Source: Phoronis australis | Lineage: Eukaryota; Animalia; Phoronida | Direction of reading: 5' to 3' | DNA length: 64,000 bases | NCBI GenBank assembly: GCA_002633005.1 | Contig: NMRA01000450.1 | Location: 164,876 to 228,875, forward strand | Part shown: positions 12,680 to 24,218 of the stretch, in pieces | How the letters are laid out: each line of letters starts with the position of its first letter | Position numbering within the stretch: position 1 is the stretch's first letter | Made by a program: the position numbers and the translations under genes | Notes under the pieces: generated by a model | Database searches by the model: none | Told to the model about the DNA's origin: nothing | Seen by the model: only the letters and a program-made list of their open reading frames with translations

Positions 12680-14377
12680 AGGAGAATGCCACCCGATTTA
12701 ATTAGTCTTTTTACTGTCTTAATCGGTCTATATCCACGTCGCCTCATATACGGTCGACCTCACCTTGCCGAGAGGTGTCGCGTTAACCTGTGAGGAAGGT
12801 GAGAAACGACGCAGCGACGTCAGTGGTTGGTCTGCAGAGTGCTATGTTGCGGTGCATCGCTCCCACTTGTCTGAACTATGAAGCTGCGAAGAAAGCGGGT
12901 ATATCGTTTTTTCGACTTCCTCCAGAGCCCGAAATGCTTAGGAAATAGCTCGCCGTAGTGAAGAATGAAAGGTACGCTGTTAATAGCAAGTATGAGGCCG
13001 TGAAACATCTCCGTGTCTGTGGCCGGCTTTTCGTCGACAATGATTTCTCGGACGAATTCCGGCTTACCAAAGAACTATCCATACGTTCCGTTGCCTGTGC
13101 ATGTTTACGGCGCCTCTCTAGTATTTCGTGTTCAGTGTATTCCAGTTCGAACTGATAGCCTGTGAAACCTAACGATCCGCCGAACCGTGAAGTCTTCGAC
13201 GGATGAGCTCTTGACTAAGTCGGGATTGGCGCCGGGCGAGTTGCCATGTAGACGTTTATTATTCTGCGTTCTGTTTTCAAAATGAATTATTCTCATCCTA
13301 ACCAATGCATAACCATTGCTTATTTAAAACTGAAACCAAGTCTGTCTCATCAGATACAATTTTTAATGCCTTTGCAGTATTCGTGAGTGCAAATCATTGA
13401 GAAGCCAGCAATGGCCATTGCGTTACCGGCTTTTGATGCCGGCAATAAAGGTAATTGACCGGGCACCGAGGCCGTGTAAGCTCATGCTAATTCAGTGTTT
13501 GCTGACAGAAAGCTGTTGTAAAACAATTACTCGATTTTATATGCTATGGTCGCATGTTAGGGTAATCTTTATTTAGAAATACAAATACATTATTCAAATC
13601 ATTGTTACTGTACAACCTTTGCCCTGACGGTCTGTGGAAGGGGAACCTGACTTCGCGGCCCCCGACAAGTAAGTAGATTTTCAATTTTGTGGCTAATTCA
13701 CTTAAATAATTACGTACACATTATATCTTTGGCTCACTATTATAGCCTTTTCGTGACTGGAGGTTTAATTTCCAACGTAAGCTGGTTTATGTTCGTGATG
13801 TCCAGTCCCGGCGGCCGCGACGGGCCTGATCGGGTTCCGAGCCACCGGCGGGGATTAGCAAGCGTTTTGTGTGTTTAGAACTGAAAAAATCGCAAGTCTA
13901 AAAGTACAACACACAACTATGTTCCCCCGTCTGTATTTCACGGAAGAATGATTCGAATTTATCGCCAAACGGATCCAAACTCTCGCGATCGCCCATGGTA
14001 AATTGGCCTACCGAACCTAAGAGTCTACACTCCTAGACCGAACTCTTTAGGCTACAGTACGTCAAATACCTATAAATCCGTAACAGTGACATAAAACAAC
14101 ATGTTTGTTCAAAAACTCGATGTATTTGTAAGGGGTTTACATCTAATTTTGATGATTTATTGGTGTAAAATGACGAATTCAAGCGATAAGCTGACACCAG
14201 TAAGCGTGTTGCGAACGGCTGAACAGATTGCGTTCGAACCAATTACGTCATTGGTTAATTTAAACACCTCCGTCCGCCGTTAGGTGTTAGGTAAAACAAC
14301 TGAACTTGCTGTTATCGAGTGGAACTACTCGATCTAAATTGATACAAAATAGGTTGTTTTGGGGGTAGCATTATCCT
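12680..14377. mobile_element. Defective Kolobok DNA transposon (THAP remnant on +, KolX-like remnant on -)
   Basis: TTAA TSD on both sides, TIR AGGA(G/T)AATGC(C/T)ACCC. The + strand reads GISFFRLPPEPEMLRK*...HLRVCGRLFVDNDF (THAP). The - strand reads GYQFELEYTEHEIL. Confidence 0.7.
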
Positions 14378-14403
14378 TTAATTCAATAGCAAACAATGGT
14401 TAC

Positions 14404-15109
14404 CTGAGAGAATCCGTCCAGTGTCGATCTCGCAGTTACCAGGCCTCCATACACCTTGTCCAGCGCCGCTTTGATTGGCATTGCCAATGCGTTCATTTCG
14501 TTCCCGACTGCCTGAAGTTTGATTAATCCGCTTTTCATTTTATCTGCAAAGTTTTCGAAAGGCTTGTCGAGCGCAGTCTCGAAGTCACCTGTCTGATTGT
14601 ACAAAAGCTCCCCTTGGCAGCTCATAGATCGCGATATCTCATTGAGGTTTGTGAGCATGTTCTTTAGGGGTCCATTCATTAACACTCCAAGAATGATGCA
14701 CCACAATACTGCTCGACCTCTAGCACCACACAACGAAGGAAGAGACAACAACATCAAACTTCGTACAATTGGGAAGAGTATATATCCAAGCCACGAACCA
14801 CAAAACACGACGCCTGCCGTCACACCGGAAATGAGATATCCTGCATCAGCCGTCAAGCTCATTATCAAAAATATGCATGTGGAAAAGAGAAGACACACGA
14901 ACGCACCAAAAGCCACCACCGCTTTTTTGTCTTCCACTAGAAGCTTTTTTGCAAATTTATTCCTATCTTTATCTAAAGCGATACGTGTGGAACTCGGCTT
15001 TTTTTGGTAGTCTTTCTCGTCGCCACTGTCGTCGCTGCTGTCGTCACAACTGCTATCATCCAAGCAGAAATTGTTGCCTGTTGTATTTTCATTCTGATTA
15101 GATCTTTCA
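14404..15109 (-). CDS. DC-STAMP-domain paralog A, exon 2 (N-terminal TM region)
   Basis: Within ORF 14383-15138: LLSLPSLCGARGRAVLWCIILGVLMNGPLKNMLTNLNEISRSMSCQ, the DCST 'GR..L...GP..N...N....C' motif. Donor CAG|GTAACC at 14403, acceptor ttccgttgcag at 15111-15110. Confidence 0.88.
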
Positions 15110-15634
15110 CTGCAACGGAATATCAAATACACAATCACTGTCTAACACTACGTGAAACATTAGATTTAGACGTTGTCAAGGCAACAAAGTGAGTTGCTTT
15201 TGGTGAGAAGCAAGTGAAAACTTCCACTGACACGTTCGTTGGCCTAGATATAATAAGATTAGCGGAGGCAATGAAAAGATAATTCTTCCGCGAATGGGTG
15301 AGCAGACACGAGAAGTAGTACAATTATGAAAAACTCAGCATTATGGAAGTGGCCGCAGTAGGTGGGAGGGGTGACGGGTGCATAATCGTTGAGAGGGAAT
15401 GTGCTGGCGATAGGCGGGCGGAGGCAATATTGCTGGTGCCCGGAGAGGCGACCACTCTTATCGTCCGCTCCAAACTAAATCCATCTCAGCTTTGCCTCTG
15501 GCCCTAGTTCCAATTTTGCGACACTTGATTTGCTAAATCTTTTAAGACTTAAATCATTTATTTTATCTTAAGTGAACACTGGTGTTTCAGAGACCGGCAG
15601 CAACCCCTGCTTCCACAAAACTAATACCCCTTAC

Positions 15635-15720
15635 TCGTATTTACTGACGTTGTCGGACTGAGATACGGATTGGCTGGAGCTCTGTGAAGTCGTTGACATT
15701 TCTGCAGTGGTACTGCCCAT
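15635..15720 (-). CDS. Probable first coding exon of paralog A (MGSTTAEMSTTSQSSSQSVSQSDNVSKYD)
   Basis: Exon 2 has no in-frame ATG before an upstream stop. This 86-nt exon runs from ATG to GA|GTAAGG and supplies the required phase 2. Its Ser/Thr-rich sequence resembles the disordered N-termini of B and C. Confidence 0.55.
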
Positions 15721-16821
15721 TGAGTGTCGGGTTCACTTGGCGTGCAGTGCAGTGTGGTGTCGCGTCCATAAGTCTATCGCTCGCATTTAAACGTGACCAT
15801 TAAACATCTTTAAAAGACAAGAATTTTTACTGAGCTTTTTAATTTTACATTGGAGGCCCATATAAAGGTAAACATTATTGGGGGGTTCAAAATAATGCAA
15901 TAAATTGTCAGACTCCTTCCTGCCGTCACCACTTCCGCCTCCACGCAAACACCCCCGTCAGCGTGCAGACTTTGTTGTTTGGGGTCAAACCACGGAAAGG
16001 GTACCAGCAGAAACTTGGGTACCCTTGTTTCAACAAGGGTACACGAGACGGGATCGTTTTTTTTTTTAAACTCATAATGATAAATCGTCGTGAGAGACCG
16101 TCCTGAGTTGGTATATGGTGTAACTCCGGACGGTCTGGGGTCAACAGAAAACCACATTTCAACTGTGAATCTACACCAATGTGATAAACGAGAGTAGTTC
16201 TAATTGCTGCGTCAGCTGCAGGTATGCTTATCTCTTTTATGACACACAATGCGTGACCAGTTAAAGCGTTTTCAAAATAATGCGGATAAATCAGTGAAGT
16301 GTGAGACCCCTGAGGTCCCTGTCAAGTCCTCACGACAATTCTACGTAATGTGAAAATGGTACGTGTCCTACGCGTTTAGGAAAAGATTAGGACTATTCCT
16401 GGCGTATTTGTATAAAATTCATTTTATCGGGGTGCAAAAAGACACTGTAGCCTACACGGTCGTCAAAAATCAAACCCAGACGGTGGGATCGACGTGTGCG
16501 AATTTCTTAGTATCGATCTTCAAAAGAAATGCAAGTCTTCAAATTCATGTTATATTTATAGAACCGTCCAAAATATTGTCTGTGTAATTCACAAATAGCG
16601 GTATTCGAGATCACTAATGCCGTTCTCAAATTGCCTCAACATATGTCTTACTGCGATGAGTCAAATATCTTGGTTTGCAAAGAAGTCACTGTTGATTATT
16701 ACTGAAGACCATACTCGGTGCATAAAATGTCACTCCGTAACAAGGCAGCTTGTAGAAGTTGGTCTTAATCAATAATGAATTGTGGTACTACCTCTGCAAC
16801 GGGACAGTTTTATCACGATAA

Positions 16822-16963
16822 CAGTGGCGGATCCAGGATTTTTTTGGGGGGCGGGGCAGAGTATTAGCCAGGATTTTGCCGTCAGACATTCGCACCACGA
16901 CCTTCCCAGTGGAATCTTGGAGAATTTTAGGGGGCCATGACCCCCTCCTTAAATCCGACACTG
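16822..16963. mobile_element. Short hAT-like MITE family CAG(T/G)GGCGGATCCAGG…AAATCCGCCACTG (related copies near 11030, 34640, 41273, 44850)
   Basis: Shared TIRs and internal 'attagccaggattttgcc…gacattcgcac'. The 41273 copy has a 5-bp TSD AGCTA. Confidence 0.7.
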
Positions 16964-18349
16964 GGAAGTAAAAAATTCATTTTTGTCACGGAAGACAGGT
17001 TTAGAGCCGTTTGAATAAATGTGCTTTGGAAAATCTGTAAGTAAAAGTTTTTCTCAGAATTTTCGGAGTTTGTTGGTCGAGAGGGCGTTTTCGTGGGAGT
17101 TTATATTGCCAAAAGTGGGATCCACGTAACAAAAGCAATGGTCCAACACTGGTATGTGATAAATTATACCTTTAAATAAGGTTTCTCTTCTGTGTCTTTT
17201 TCTCCAATGCTCCATGCCTCCAGTCGCAGGATCACCCTGTATGGTTTGGTGTTGAATGCTTGGAACGCCGTCGTACTCGTTTCATCGTAGTGGAATATTG
17301 TTTCACTCAGCACATTTTGTCGCCGGGACGACAATTAATGTCGAGTGCGACAGTATAAACAAAAATTTTCGCCCGGGCATCAATATAGGTCGGCGTTCAC
17401 GTTATATATTGTCTTACCCGGTACATATTGTTGTTCCCAGGTGACAACAAAACGTAGACTGTGACAATACATGCCGTCACATTATCATGGCACATATCGC
17501 CGCCCTCTAGACGCACAATCGTCAAACCTTTAGTGAAATTTCATGGCCGTGTACATGTAGGCCTTCACGATAATGTGTGTAAAGTGAAACCATGATCAAA
17601 TCCAAACAACGAGGCACTCTTTCAATAGATGCAGTGTATGTTGCAGGGTTCGAGTAGAGGGTTTCAATGTGTGTCGTTGTTCACTGCACACATTGTCGCG
17701 TCCGCCGCATTTTGTCTCACGGGCGTCATTTTACACTTTGTGCAATCGTAATAAAAGTAAGAGTATGACTAGGAACATTTTCTCAAGTGCTTACAAACAA
17801 CCTGTAACGTAGAGAAATGTCCCCACACTCAACACCAAGCTGTCAAAAATATCCTGGCCAATGCACACAAATGATAAACGTAACACTAGTAGATGAAAAG
17901 TATTCTCTTTATTAAGTGTTTCTCATGCAAATGTCTAGCTTTCTCTTCTCGACAGACCCTTGGCCCCACGTCTACGCCGGTCGCCACGAGTTCACCGGAC
18001 GCTTGCAAATTATTGGGGGCACCTGCCCACTCCCGGTCCCCCTCTTTTTACGGCCCTGAACTAAGTGGCAAAGGGTAAGAACTCTTCATTTGTAATGCAT
18101 TCTTTTTCTTGGTTTAAGTGACCACACTCTCTCCAGCGTATTATATCACTGTATGACAATGAAGGTCAACAAGAACAAGAACAACTATAACAGGTTAAAA
18201 GGATCTATATACATAGTGGACGTCACTTCAGAGGTCGGTTAACATAGCTAGATCGCTAACAGATAACGCAGTCGGTAAGCGGGTGCCCCAAATGGAGGCA
18301 CCCCACTATGCTACTTCAGACAGGCAGATAGCTTGCTGACAAAGATATC

Positions 18350-18742
18350 AAGAGAAAGGACTGATGTAGTGCAGCCTGGCAAGCTATTCCAGTCCGCGAC
18401 TGGTCTAGGAAAGAATGTCTTTTCCAGTAATGTGTCCTATTTGTTGGACTAGTTGGATGACCTTCTGGTACAAATGCCCGAGACAGTAATATCTGCGATA
18501 GGGGCAACATCAGAGTTGATGATCACCGACTTCTTATCATATTTGTAAAACATTTTTAGCCGACAGACTTTGCTTCCGTGGCTGAGGGTGGGCCAGTTTA
18601 AGGTTTCTAACAATGATCCAACAGAGGATAGACGATTGAACAGTCTCGTGACTCAGAGAGCAGCTCTACTCTGTACTTTCTCTGCAGCTGTAATGTCATT
18701 TTGGGTATAAGGGTCCCAAACAGTAGAGACGTATTCCAAGGC
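18350..18742 (-). mobile_element. CR1/L2-clade LINE 3' RT fragment (degenerate)
   Basis: Reads LEYVSTVWDPYTQNDITAAEKVQSRAA, the typical post-RT LEY..VW.P…EKVQ.RA motif. Confidence 0.8.
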
Positions 18743-20844
18743 ATTGGCTTAACTCACCCAAAATATGTGGCGCCTTCACAAATTATCGTTCCCAGGTTGT
18801 GCGATTTTATCTGCATTAATCCTTATTCATAAAAACTTTGTTCCTTGTGTACAAAAAATATGTGACCATTGAAATTCCATCTGTATCCCAAAAAATGTTT
18901 CGACACGTATTTTCTTTCACGAGGTGTTGTGCACGGGAGCAAGATGATTACAGGTCACGTGCGATTTTTCGAAAGCGCCGCGAAACCAACTATGCGCACG
19001 AGCAACCTTTGTGTACGGATAGCGTTTGTGGCTCTCCCCAGTTGCATCTAAAATTCGCGCCAGGTACTTTCATTGAGTATTCTGAGTTTTATTTTGTGTG
19101 TCAAGGCCACTGTGCGAATGGCATTTTTACGCTATTTCATCGCCAGTAAAATGAGAAACCAATGGTCGTCAGACTAAACATAAAACCGGCTTGTAGTCGT
19201 ACTGACCGAATTATTCCATTTTGAAGTTATGCTTTAAATAGGATTTCATTTAACTCTTACAAATGTATAGTATACGTCGATTCGAAAGTTTTCTTTAATT
19301 CATGCCGAGTTCTTTCAACTGCGCATTGCTTTTCGGCAGCCTTTTTATAATGGTCGTCATGTGCTGCAACCTTTTGTAATAACAGAAAAACACGCAGAAA
19401 AGGCCAAGAAAATAGTAGAAGGTGGATTACAAAAATTCTAATTCAATAACAAACTGTTTTACGGGTATAATATCGATTTAAGTGGATCAGAATTTCATTT
19501 CAGATTTGGAAAATAAATACTTTTGAAATTTAAACGATAAAATATCCAGAACATGAAAATTACAGATAGCATATAAACAACACTTCTACAACATTTTTAT
19601 TCTAAATAATAAGTATTCTTGTAAGTTTTCAACAATCTTCTATAGATACTCTCTGAATGCTGGCTTTGGCTTTGTGACTATGACAACAAATGTCATGGTG
19701 CCTCATAGTATGAACAGAGCAAGAAAAAGCTCACTATGTAACCAGGGGCAGGCAATGCCAAAGCTGTGGCGGTGACCACTTCTGACATGCGCATCAGACC
19801 TCATGGTCATCATCTGAATCAGCAGTCACTAACCATCCACATTTGCTGAATGTGTACCGCTGTCCGCGGTTGTTATATTCCAGATGAAGTTTACTCATTT
19901 TCTGTTGATGACCTATTTGAATTTTCGCTCTTGTTATTCTTGACACCATTTATCTCTGTTGACTTTCTTTTTCTTTTCAGCATTTCTTCTTTCTCTGTTG
20001 ACACCTTGCCAGCCAAAACAGAACAGTATCCCTTCGAGACTCGGCGGAAATTGATCGTTAGACTTCGATACACTTCTGATAAATTACCCAATGTCACATT
20101 GTTCGAACTTTTTTCTCACTTTTAACAGGCGTATATAACCATAAACAAATACCTAAGTTGCTCGATGTCTTATTTTTATTTTTAATTATGTCATTTTCTG
20201 TTTTATGTAACAATGCAATACAGTGAAATGAATTAAATATTTTATTTTATTGTTGACCACGCTCTATCAGTTCAAGTATTTTAATTTTCTTCAAATAAAT
20301 CCAAAGTGCCTGAACCAAAAGATTCAGCATTAATATTGAGCTCAGCACTGTGTTCTGCAATAAAAAAACAAGTGGACAATATTTTGATGTCCAATGCGTG
20401 GGCAGTAACTGTTAAGCATCTAACGTGTTTCATTTGTCGGGAATGTTTTTCCTTTGGCCTTATAGATCTCTGCTAATCCCTGGGACAAATAAATTTCTTG
20501 CATAAACGATCCCTGGGTAGTTTTTCCCGTTTGAACGAAATTTAATCTTCTGAAAATGAATAAAGGTGCATTAGTAGAATCTACACATTTTTAACTGTTT
20601 TAAAAAAAGACAGTCGGTAAATACACCGATTTTTGTCTCATTTCTTCGATGCGTGTCTCTCTCGAAAGGTTAGTACTGAACAAGCAAACGAGCACTCCAG
20701 ATTGGAACGCGTGGATGCGCTGCACGCAAAACAAGATGGCGTACGATCATTGGAGCGTGGCGACGACAGGTATCCCGAAGACATATGGTTTATGCATTTA
20801 CCGACGGTGGAGACCCAGTAGGTCACCTCCTAAGTGGGAGACGC

Positions 20845-20847
<3 letters not shown>

Positions 20848-20879
<32 letters not shown>
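20848..20879. repeat. (CA)n microsatellite
   Basis: Directly visible in the sequence. Confidence 0.9.
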
Positions 20880-20880
<1 letters not shown>

Positions 20881-22608
20881 GGCAATGGCGCAGTTTTGAG
20901 AATTGGCGACAAAACTTCAAAAGTTTCGCAGATGACTTCGCGTGAAAGAATGAACACCTATATCCCCGCTCCGTGGTTTGTTAGACGATGGTACCTTTGT
21001 TTCCGTCATCAGGTACCTAATCGTTACCCACAAAACGCCCATCACTATGTCATGATTGACCAAACCTCCGTAACAAGACCCAATCGTCCTTAAACCAGAA
21101 ATTCCCCAGGTATCATATCACTACTCGATAAACTCCGCTCAGTCGAAAACACTCGTGTCAGATTCTGTGAAAAATGTGATATATGGCCACCGGAGAATCA
21201 CCACACTAGCTTCAAACTGCCAGATATTTTTCCACCTGTTGGTTTCCATAGATACTAATTGTTTAAGGTCAGTTTTCTATCAGTTGAACTTTATCAAATT
21301 TTGAACAGATCCATTGACTTGTGGATATAATTCTCCAACATTAAAGTAGTATAGTTGATGAGATATTGTTGTGAACCTCTCAATTTGTTTGCATTTGACA
21401 GAACTCAACAAGCATTTTCCCATTTTAATGCCCTTTAGGACCGTAATTTAGCGTTATTTTTCGCAACGTCAAAATTCATTTCGCTACATCTCAACAGGCG
21501 CAATATCCGATGTATCTTATTACTAATAAATCTCCTGAACTATTCTAGAAGTACACTATAATACAAGTAAAATGGATGTTTTATGTTAATGCCGTGTACT
21601 TCTTGGTATAAAGAATACGTGCAACCTTACTCTAAAGCTTGTTGATGAGCTTCTAGGCCTCGGGGGTACTTCACTATGGTCTGTCAGGGTTATGCATTGT
21701 TGTTTTCCGAAGGTTGTTGGCTCTGCAACTGACATAATCATTGAGTTATCATACTTAAAAATGATATCCCTGGCCAACGGCTGAGTGTTCGGTTGTCAAC
21801 ACTGGCGTCATAATCAGCTTAGTATTTTTTTCTTTTCTGGTATCTAATGTCATGTGGGTTAAGGAGAATTTTCCATTGATTAGCTCTCTAAAAACAAAAA
21901 CTTGAATTCTTCTTCATGTTCACATCAAATGAGCCTCATAATATTCCTGACCGTGATAGAATTCTGTTTCCGTTACCATGGCCACGGGCGGATTTCAGTG
22001 CCATTGCCCCCCAGTGGTTCATCATTACTTTAATTGCCCTCGTGCAAATGTTTTGGCCAGCTCCCATTTTCTTACGCCGGTATCAAACAATGGAACAGCC
22101 TACCAAAATAAGTTACGGGAGGCAGAAACTTCCTCAAACTTCAATAACATGTGCAGACAATTTCATATCGTAAACTTGAACGTGAGGAATCAGACATTCT
22201 TTTATATTTTTAAATCCATCATTTTATTGTAGTGTAGTATGTATATATTCGTCCCATTATTAAATTTTATTTGTAATTGTATGATTCTATTATGTAATAA
22301 TTTGTGTGTTTTTATACATTTATTTAGCCGTGTATGTATTTATATTTGTGCACCTATTCATTGGTGATCTTATTATCTTGCTAATAATCTTCCTATATGG
22401 GGAGGACTGCGATGGGAAGGAGTTTTTAATTTTTTTTTCGTGCCATCCGTATATCGATTACACTTCTTAATTTACTTTTTACTTATACCATAGTATTATC
22501 TGTCTTAATGTTACATCAGTGGATATTATTTTGTTTTACGCGCATGTGGTCAGTTAATCTTGAGTCTTTTCAACAAAATCTCTAGGGTTGAACACTCCTG
22601 GTGTCCAG

Positions 22609-24177
22609 TGTCCGGTTGCATGAAACAGTCCTAAATAGGGATTTAACTAAGTTCCCTAAATCTGCTGCGTATTTATGAGCTCGTGAAAATATTGATTGTC
22701 CTTTCTCATGCTGTTGGGGTCTCATTACTACGTCAGTTTCTGGTTTTGATATAAATCCCGAGTCAGGCCTACGTTGAATTCTCAACGTTATTGAAAATGT
22801 GTAGAAAACTTTTCATACAACGCACCTGATTTAAGAACAAAGTCCCTCAATTATTTTGACTAAATTATTGGCTCAGTTTTTAGTTATATTGTTAGAAAAT
22901 GTCATTAGTCAAAAATAATGACAGTGAATTTATTCACCGCCAAGGTACCATTTTTTCATAGTTACGAAGAGGTCCACCTCGTTTATGTTTTACTACGAAG
23001 CTTGCTTGGTCAAAAGTCACCGAGACATTGTCTTTTCAAACTAGTAAAACAGAAGTAATCATTAAAAAGTTCCAACGCAAACGTGATAACCTTGCGCCAC
23101 CAGTTGCTTGTGACGTTTTTGACAAAATGATTTACCCAATGCTCAGTTATGGTGCTAAATTGTGGGATTTCAAAGAGTATCTTTGTATTGAGAATGTCAA
23201 TATTAAAGGGTGTAAAAGGCTATTAGGTGTCGGTAGAAGTTGTAGCAATGGCGCCGAATTAGGTGAACTTGGAAGATATCCACTTTTTGTGAAGCTGTTT
23301 TTAAAGTTGATCAAATATTGATTAAAGTTAATAACATTTCCGGTTTCACGCAATCCCAAAATAGTCTGAAATAGGGTTGTAAAATTAGATGAGTCGGGAA
23401 AATCATTATGAGTCACTTTTGTTAGGATGTTGTTAAATAGGTATGGTTTCGGGTTTGTTTGGTTTGGATGAGAAGACTTATTCCTAAATACTATTGAACG
23501 AAGAGTCAAGGATTGATTTTTGCAAGAATGGAACACAGACGTGCAAAATATTTCAAAATTGTGTACATATTCATTTTTCAAAACGACGTTTAATCTTGAA
23601 ACATGTTTTTCATCCATGTTGCCTCACTGCTTTATCAGTTCCTTTGCAAGATTCCGTTGTTCAAACGACAGACTGATGGTAGTGGTAGGTCGACACTTAC
23701 CAATAGATTAAGACCTCCCGCGAATATGTTCTTTATGTAAACTGAACTTTGGTTATAATTTTATTGAGGATGAATATCACTTTATTTGTATATTCCCATT
23801 TTATGATGATCTGAGAATTAGAATGTTACCGTGAACGTATTGGACCAATCCGACTAATTTAGATGTAGATTTCTAAGATTAATGAAAACTTCTGATCTCA
23901 GTGTGCTTAAAAACCTAATCAAATTTGTATATCATGCTTCTGTTTTAAGACAAAAAGTACTTGATTGAAACCACTACATATGGGTATGCGAATTTACTGT
24001 ATTATATTGTTGTGTTTGATGTTTGGGCCAATGGCCTCAAGTATGAATAAACGTAATTAATAGACATAAAATGAGATAACAAATACTATACGTGTGAGTA
24101 TAGAACGAAACAAATAGGCAAAAGATTTAGGGAACTTAGTTGAGTCCCTATCTGGGACTGTTTCACGCAACCGGGCA
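22609..24177. mobile_element. Harbinger-type MITE interrupted by a LINE
   Basis: ~55-bp TIR TG(T/C)CCGGTTGC…TAAGTTCCCTAAATCT and TSD CAG. An uninterrupted sibling sits at 47067-47455. Confidence 0.75.
22990..24052 (+). mobile_element. 5'-truncated non-LTR retrotransposon (L2/Crack/Daphne-like) 3' end with stops
   Basis: Reads FDKMIYPMLSYGAKLW…CKRLLGV..SCSN…GELGRYPL, then FARFRCSN…RICSLC…IEDEYHF, then an AATAAA tail. Confidence 0.8.
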
Positions 24178-24218
24178 CAGAGGCCTTATAGGATTCACCA
24201 CATTCACCGGGGATTTAA

